Of a DNA stretch of 64,000 bases, positions 62,790 through 64,000 are shown one piece after another. The DNA is from Octopus sinensis (Eukaryota): NCBI RefSeq assembly GCF_006345805.1, contig NC_042997.1:32240001-32304000 (forward strand), read 5' to 3'. Both the position numbers and the translations under genes were made by a program. Each line of letters opens with the position of its first letter. Position 1 is the first letter of the stretch. The notes under the pieces are model-generated. The model did not search any database and had not been told where the DNA came from. It saw nothing but the letters and a program-made list of their open reading frames with translations.

Positions 62790-63780
62790 TAAAAAATTAC
62801 ATGAAATGCTATTGAAGACAATTTTTTTGAATTTCAGAAATGTTGGATTTACTTGGAATGTTTTCAAGAAACTCATTTATACCTTTTTGACTCCTAAGTA
62901 TACCAGTTAAATTGAGATTCTTTGTGTTTTCAGTTGACATGGTCTGCTGTTCTTGACTTCTAGGTCTTTGTACTTCACAAATTTGTCATACTCTTTAGCA
63001 GATACAGTTTGGTCAGATGGTATTGTCATGTCAGCAAGTAGATATATTTTATTTAAAAATTTTTAACAATAATATTTGGTTGACTGGTGTTTATGGCATG
63101 GTCTGTACGAACTTTAAAATCTCATGAAATTGTTGCATTTTTTTGCTTCAATTACTGATAAGGGATGGTGTACATACCAGATTTTAGCATGCTCTGTGCT
63201 GTAATGTTTACATAGTGTTCAGTGAATATATTCTTTTCTACTCTAGGCACAAGCCCTGAATTTTGGGGGAGGGGCCAGTCAAGTAGATTAACCCCAGTAC
63301 ACAACTGGTACTTAATTTATCAACCCCAAAAAGATGAAAGGCAAAGTCGACCTTGGTGGAATTTGAACTCAGAATGTAAGGACAGATGAAATATCACTAA
63401 GCATTTTGACTGGTGTGCTAATGTTTCTGCCAGCTCGCCACCTTGTCCAGTGAATATATTGACCGACTCAATCATGCCCAGCTTTACATTCAGTTGGAGC
63501 CAAGGTGGAGCAGCTTGTTACTGTATGGGCTATTGTCTCAACTTATTTGTCGCAAATTCTGCAATTTGGGTTTGCTCCACTTTTGAGAATGCTTGCTTGA
63601 GAGTTTCTTGTAAATAAGCTCCATTTCAGCTTTTACAGCCACTGATGGCTTTGTGGTTGGTCAACATTTGTGTCTTGGGTTTGATGTGGGTATTGGCCAT
63701 GTAGAGGTTTCTGTTACCATCAGTCTTTCAGAGTTTTAAGACCCTCAGGTTTTTGCTTTAATTCAGTAGGTTCTAGCTGC
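62790..63780 (-). pseudogene. R4/Dong-type non-LTR retrotransposon C-terminal remnant (CCHC zinc knuckle and REL endonuclease), split by a SINE
   Basis: Minus strand: W*QKPLHGQYP...NPNCRICDK*VETIAHTVTSCSTLAPTECKAGHD*VGQYIH (C-X2-C-X8-H-X4-C at 63563-63510), then LCKHY...WYVHHP...DF.V.TDH.I...QPNIIV...DMTIPSDQN...KEYDKFVKYKDLE. Frameshifts and stops present. Confidence 0.8.
63233..63447 (-). mobile_element. SINE family C (older subfamily) with perfect 13-bp TSD
   Basis: TSD CAGTGAATATATT at 63220-63232 and 63448-63460; removing the insert rejoins the LINE reading frame (..YIH|*TLCKHY). Confidence 0.88.
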
Positions 63781-64000
63781 CTTGGTCGGTAGTAAGTCAG
63801 GTTCATTTGCAATTTCTGCGTTATTGATTCTTAGTTCTCTTCTGTATTTCTCTGTATTTATTATTATTTCTGTTGTTGTTATTAGGGTGGTGGATTGGCA
63901 AAAATCATTAAGGCAGTATTTTTGGGTTTTTTTTTACTATCTAGGTTTTGAGATCAAATCCTGCTAAGGTTAGCATTACCTTTCATCTTGTAAGGGTCAG

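Overview
Very AT-rich, microsatellite-dense eukaryotic genomic DNA. The repeat vocabulary (tRNA-headed SINEs with CORE-like CCTTGGGCAAGT segments, AGGAAGGGCATCCAGC...(ATG)n-tailed retroposons, abundant (TA)n/(CA)n) is what I associate with Octopus genomes; this is an inference, not verified. I find no confidently identifiable host protein-coding gene, intact tRNA/rRNA gene or CRISPR array. The ORF-track entries I could trace are microsatellite, SINE or decayed-LINE artefacts; the others show no recognisable protein signal. The window is intron-like or intergenic DNA containing at least six SINE/retroposon families, five short TTAA- or 8-bp-TSD DNA-transposon MITEs, one short non-autonomous Helitron, three R4/Dong-type (restriction-like endonuclease) LINE remnants and three other RT-bearing LINE remnants. 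There are also a few weak micro-exon candidates on the + strand. Most worth follow-up: (i) a modular, concatemeric hairpin-unit retroposon with a fixed 3' tail, (ii) two degenerate hammerhead-ribozyme-like cores, (iii) two near-perfect fold-back palindromes that abut (TA)n tracts, and (iv) a 22-bp repeat/(TA)n-spacer array. Family letters A-G are my own labels, and most repeat boundaries are approximate.
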